A DNA stretch of 64,000 nt, taken from positions 138,857 to 202,856 of the forward strand of contig JAHLWS010000078.1 of the NCBI GenBank assembly GCA_019057795.1, written 5' to 3'. The translations under genes and the position numbers were made by a program. Below the pieces are notes generated by a model. The model did no database searches and had not been told where the DNA came from. It saw only the letters and a list, made by a program, of their open reading frames with translations. Numbering within the stretch: the stretch's first letter is position 1; every line of letters begins with the position of its first letter. Positions 59,375 through 64,000 of this stretch are shown here, piece after piece. The DNA is from Promethearchaeota archaeon. Lineage in GTDB: Archaea > Asgardarchaeota > Lokiarchaeia > Sigyniarchaeales > SOKP01.

Positions 59375-60028
59375 GTGATAATAATGGTAGAAAATGAGTC
59401 AACCGAGTTGGAAGATCTAAAAGAAATTGCCGTTGGGAAAATAAAAGTGGCGTTTAATCGTTCTATTGATGCCGAAGCAATACACACCGTCCTATGGGAT
59501 ATCACTGAAAAAAAAAGAAATACATTACTAAAATTCGCTTTAATAATTAGCTTATTCATCGTAATTTTTGCTTATTTTCCAATTCTTTACGGTGCTGTTA
59601 TTGTAATTTGGGTTTTTAGCTTCATAGCAGAAATTTTGGCGTTCGTCATAGCAGGAATCACTATTTACGGGATATTTCTTGCTGCTTATTCGAAAGATCA
59701 TAAGCAGATTATTTACGACGCCATTCTTTTGCGCAGGCAAGCTATGGATTTCCTCCAATATAAACTTGACAACCTGGATAAAATGGGATATATTAACGAA
59801 TTAAAATCCTTAGAGGTAAACGATAAAAACCTTAAAGAAAAAAGCTTAAAATACACGGAAAAAATGTCAACTAAAATCATAACAACAATTACTTATAAAG
59901 TAGACGAACTCGAAAAAGCAGGATTCAAAAAACACGTTATTACTCAAGATGCTGTGGATTTAGCTAACGTAAAACTACAAAAATTTAGCGCGTTAAGAAC
60001 TTGTGAAGCTTGGCTAAAATTTGACTAA
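59375..60028 (+). CDS. hypothetical membrane protein
   Basis: 217 aa with central TM hairpin. Confidence 0.65.
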   Translation: MIIMVENESTELEDLKEIAVGKIKVAFNRSIDAEAIHTVLWDITEKKRNTLLKFALIISLFIVIFAYFPILYGAVIVIWVFSFIAEILAFVIAGITIYGIFLAAYSKDHKQIIYDAILLRRQAMDFLQYKLDNLDKMGYINELKSLEVNDKNLKEKSLKYTEKMSTKIITTITYKVDELEKAGFKKHVITQDAVDLANVKLQKFSALRTCEAWLKFD

Positions 60029-60681
60029 GCAATTCTTTTTATTTTATAATAAATTCCAAACTCCCCAATAATCACAATTTATTTTTTTTTAGTAAAGTTT
60101 TAATTTGATCATAATTTGCTAACAAATTCTTGGAATATGATCCAAAAAGTCAAGATTTTGAATCACGATAGAAGAAAACCTTTAAAATCAACATTTTTAC
60201 TGGAATAGCTCTTTTTAAATGATTTAATATGTTCTATCATCATAGAAAAAAATCATTTTCAATAGTTTTTATATAGTTTAAAAACAAACTATTCTTAAGG
60301 ATTCCAGATAATTTGAGCTAACATTGGATTTCAAGGCGATAAAACGCTTCGTACGCCTGATTAAGCCCTCTATTAAACTCTAACAGGAGTTTAATTATCT
60401 CTTAACCTATATATTTCGGCTCAAATTAGAGGATCTTTGTTCTTTTTTTTATTATTGAATAATGTATTAATTTAAAGACGAAATACATTCTAATTTTAGT
60501 TTAACATCTTTTTGTGGCAGACTTTCTTAATCTTGGATTTTTTCCTTTTGAAATTACTATAATAATTTTAATTTTTTTGTACAAATATTTTTAAATAAAT
60601 TAAGGGTAGTTTTATTGTTAGATTTTGATTTAAGAGTAGATAATAATCAAATATTAACATAATTCTAAAAAGACGAATATT

Positions 60682-62151
60682 ATGGAAACAAAGGTAAGGT
60701 TCACATTTTTAGGGGGTGTGAATGAAGTAGGAGGTAATATTATTCTTTTAGAAGATTTTACGTATGATGTGAAAGTCTTACTTGATTTTGGAATTAATAT
60801 AAAAGATTTTAATGATCAATACGAAAGATTTGAAACACCAAATTCAATCAAAGAATTATTAAAGTTAAGATTATTGCCTAAAGCGGAAAGATTTTCAATC
60901 GATAATTTATATACTGATTATAAGGCGAATAAAAACCAAGATTGTAATGATTTGGAAACGAATATCGATGGAATTGTTGTCAGTCATCCTCATAAAGATC
61001 ATTTTTTTGGATTGTCATTTGTTAATAGAAACATACCAATTTATACGGGAGTTTTTACCAAAAAAATTATTTCTGCTTATTATAAATGTTCTAAAGATTC
61101 AATCACTAATAATTATGGCGGATTAAACTGGAAGTTGTTTCGTACGGGCGATATTCTTGATATTAAGGGATTAGAAATAATACCGGTGCATGTAGATCAT
61201 TCGATCCCAGCCGCTTATGGTTTCATCATTAAAACTTCTGGAGGTATTGTTGTTTACACTGGAGATTTTCGTATGCACGGCCCTTTAGCTTCTATGACTC
61301 AAGATTTTCTAGACGAGATAAAAAACGCTCTTAAAGTGCCACACCAACAAGAAAATAATAAAGGAGAAATTCAAAAACCCCGTGAAGCTAAGATTAAACT
61401 CTTAATTTGTGAATGTACTCACATCCATAAGGGAGCAATTGAGTCCGAAAATAATGTAGAACAAAATTTAGAACAGTTATTTACCAAACACCCTTTTGAT
61501 TTTTTATTAGTAAAATTTGATCGTTTAGATTGGGACCGTTTTAGGACATTTTCTTCAATTGCAAAAAAATTTGGATGGAAATTTATCATAACTGAAAAAG
61601 ACGCTTATTTTTATTACCTTTTGAACAAAGATGAAATTTACGAAAGTATGAAAAATCCGAATATAACCGCGGATGATCACATTTTAATTTTAACTATAGG
61701 AACTGTGAAGTATCGCTGGCAAGAAAAAATAAGACAAGCGATGTATAAAGAAGAGAAGGGACATCGTTTAATAAAATATAACGATTTAAAAGAGTTAAAT
61801 AGTGGTTTTTTCTTTTACATTACTTCATTGCGTAGAGATATTATAGAAAAATTTAATCCACATTTCAGGGGCGCATTTATTTCTTCTAGTATTGACCCTT
61901 ATACTGAAGAATTTATTGATAATAATAGGACTTTAAGTCGATTTTTCCGCAAAATTGGAATTCCTTCTTATAGAATACATGCTTCAGGACATGCGATGCC
62001 ACACCATTTAATAAACTTTATAAAAACGGTAAATCCTGAACATTTAATCCCTATTCACACTGAACACCCACATTTTTTTGAAACATTTTTTAGAAATTCA
62101 GACATTAACATAATAATTCCTACAAAAAATGAATCCATAAATTTACAGTAA
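60682..62151 (+). CDS. MBL/beta-CASP hydrolase, RNase J-like
   Basis: LGGVNEVGGN, SHPHKDH, VDHSIP, YTGDFRMHG, HASGHA, IPIHTEH. Confidence 0.88.
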   Translation: METKVRFTFLGGVNEVGGNIILLEDFTYDVKVLLDFGINIKDFNDQYERFETPNSIKELLKLRLLPKAERFSIDNLYTDYKANKNQDCNDLETNIDGIVVSHPHKDHFFGLSFVNRNIPIYTGVFTKKIISAYYKCSKDSITNNYGGLNWKLFRTGDILDIKGLEIIPVHVDHSIPAAYGFIIKTSGGIVVYTGDFRMHGPLASMTQDFLDEIKNALKVPHQQENNKGEIQKPREAKIKLLICECTHIHKGAIESENNVEQNLEQLFTKHPFDFLLVKFDRLDWDRFRTFSSIAKKFGWKFIITEKDAYFYYLLNKDEIYESMKNPNITADDHILILTIGTVKYRWQEKIRQAMYKEEKGHRLIKYNDLKELNSGFFFYITSLRRDIIEKFNPHFRGAFISSSIDPYTEEFIDNNRTLSRFFRKIGIPSYRIHASGHAMPHHLINFIKTVNPEHLIPIHTEHPHFFETFFRNSDINIIIPTKNESINLQ

Positions 62152-62216
62152 GGAGATTAAGCTAAAACTAATATAAAGGAAATTAAATTAATCAATCTTG
62201 GTGTAAAAAAGAATAT

Positions 62217-62360
62217 ATGAAGAAAAAGTGTTCAAAATGTGGAATGATCCGTTCGAATAAAGATCTTGTTAAGTTAGAAAATGCTAACTATATTTGCTTT
62301 TCATGTTGGAATCGAAATTTAAAAGAGAAAAATAAATCAAATAAAACTGACTCAAATTAA
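62217..62360 (+). CDS. small zinc-finger protein (47 aa)
   Basis: MKKKCSKCG...YICFSCW. Confidence 0.6.
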   Translation: MKKKCSKCGMIRSNKDLVKLENANYICFSCWNRNLKEKNKSNKTDSN

Positions 62361-62899
62361 AAAACTCATCTATAATTGAGTACAAGTTTAAAACTAATCA
62401 TAAGATATTAAATATGTATATTTTGTTAAGTTAAATTTTTTGATTTTAATATCCATTTGGCTGTTCTTTTGAGGTAAAAGTGGCATTTTAATTACGAACT
62501 TACAATCTTCCAAGTAAATATTGTTGTAAAACATGTTCTTGTACCGATCCCAATCGATATACTTATTTATATTATCTTTTTTAAGAGATTGGATAACCGA
62601 CATAAAATACCTCAATTAAATTATTATAAATTGAATAACCTTTCGCAACAAAAGCTAAATCGCTTAACTATAGTACGAGATACCTTTAATCTGTTGAATT
62701 ATTTAAAGGTGAAATGTGTAACACGCAATTTTAGACAATCCTAGCAACCAATATATTAATAAAAAATTGATATATTTATATGTTTCGGTTAATTTTAATT
62801 TCCCTTCATTTGTAAATTCCTTAAAATACCCCTAAAATATCTGTAAATTTACACCCTCTCCTTTATTATTAGTGTATTTATCTATTAAAACACATAGGG

Positions 62900-64000
62900 A
62901 TGAGACTGACCGAACAAATCCAGATAAAAAAGACAGCAAACCTCTCGTGCTTATGCCATTTATCAAAAAATGTCTATAATCTGGCAAATTATTACATAAG
63001 GCAAGAATTTTTTTATTTAGGAAACTGGCTAAGATACTACGATTTATGGTATATGTTAAAAGATAAAGAGGCGTATCAGAAACTTCCGTCACAAACAGCC
63101 CAACAGATATTAAAATTAGTTGATAAGAATTGGAAATCGTTTTTTAATTCCCTTAAAAAATGGAGGGTACAACCAAGAGAGTATCAAGGACGCCCTAAGC
63201 CTCCAAAATATAAGAAGAAGAACGGAGAGTTCGTGCTTATTTTCACTAATCAACAATGCCGAATCAAGGAGGGTTATTTATATTTTCCTGAAAAAGTCGC
63301 CATATCTCCAATAAAAACGCGTATTGAAAACCAATTACATCAAGTAAGGCTCGTTCCTAAAGGATTATATTATGTTGTAGAGATTATATACGAGAAAGAT
63401 GTAAAAAATCTGAAGTTAGATAAAAGAAGAATTTTAGGGATTGATTTAGGATTAGCAAATATCGTAACTATGGTAAATAATGTCGGATTACAACCTGCAA
63501 TTATTAAAGGCGGTATTGCCAAGTCCACCAATCAATTCTATAACAAACAATTAGCAAGATATAAAAGCGTTAAAGATAAGCGAGGGATCGCGTTTGAAAC
63601 GAGAAGAATTCAAAAGCTAACTAAAAAGCGAAATAACAAAATTAACGACCAATTCCACAAAATTTCAAGAAAAATTATTAATTATTGCGTCGATAATAAT
63701 CTTGGAACGATAATTATCGGGTATAATCGATTCTGGAAACAAAAAATAAACATGGGGCGGAGAAATAACCAAAAATTCGTTCAGCTTCCCTATTTCAAAT
63801 TGATTTTTCAAATTCAATACAAATCCAAATTAGTAGGAATCGATGTTATTTTAGAAAAGGAATCTTATACTTCTAAATGCAGTTTTTTAGATAACGAATC
63901 GATTCAAAAACATAAAAACTATGCCGGAAAGCGAATTAACAGAGGGCTATTTCGAAGTAAGAAAGGAATTATCTTAAACGCCGATGTCAATGCCGGGTAT
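62900..64000 (+). mobile_element. tnpB: IS200/IS605-family TnpB RNA-guided nuclease gene (runs off window end)
   Basis: Hand translation from ATG 62900: SKNVYN, LPSQTAQQ, PKPPKYKKK, GIDLGLAN (RuvC-I), IIIGYN, ESYTSKCSFLD, LNADVNA (RuvC-III). Confidence 0.92.

Noticed and set aside
62394-62740. tnpA remnant or 73-aa ORF upstream of tnpB
   Set aside because: Only a faint IIQQIKGIS resemblance on the minus strand; no HUH motif or catalytic Tyr seen
1-64000. tRNA or rRNA genes
   Set aside because: No GC-rich cloverleaf or rRNA-like segment seen in any intergenic region

Overview
AT-rich archaeal chromosomal segment whose gene content (archaeal ThyA, small GTPase, ubiquitin-like/MoaD proteins, SMC5/6-like module, dolichol-kinase-like paralogues) suggests an Asgard archaeon of the Lokiarchaeia type (inference). 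The backbone is housekeeping and metabolic genes, an arsenic-resistance operon carrying an hgcAB-like pair, a liv ABC transporter and a terminal tnpB. Three things stand out. (1) A two-gene cassette occurs three times (15.3-18.4, 31.6-34.8, 48.6-52.7 kb): a conserved ~203-aa ORF translationally coupled to a large ORF with a collinear 280-aa conserved N-terminus and a completely different nuclease-like C-terminus in each copy. These three cassettes and a fourth, solo HNH gene (20.3-22.7 kb) each lie between an intact host gene and a diverged, orphaned second copy of that gene's 3' end, suggesting an element that inserts into genes and replaces their 3' ends; no recognisable integrase is present. 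(2) acr3 contains a 31-nt insertion (31346-31376) folding into a canonical bulge-helix-bulge motif whose predicted EndA cuts restore the reading frame exactly, i.e. a probable tRNA-type intron in an mRNA, located at the breakpoint of one of those 3'-end duplications. (3) The HgcA-like corrinoid protein is fused to an N-terminal class I SAM methyltransferase and followed by an HgcB-like ferredoxin. All assignments come from motif recognition and hand alignment; no searches were run.
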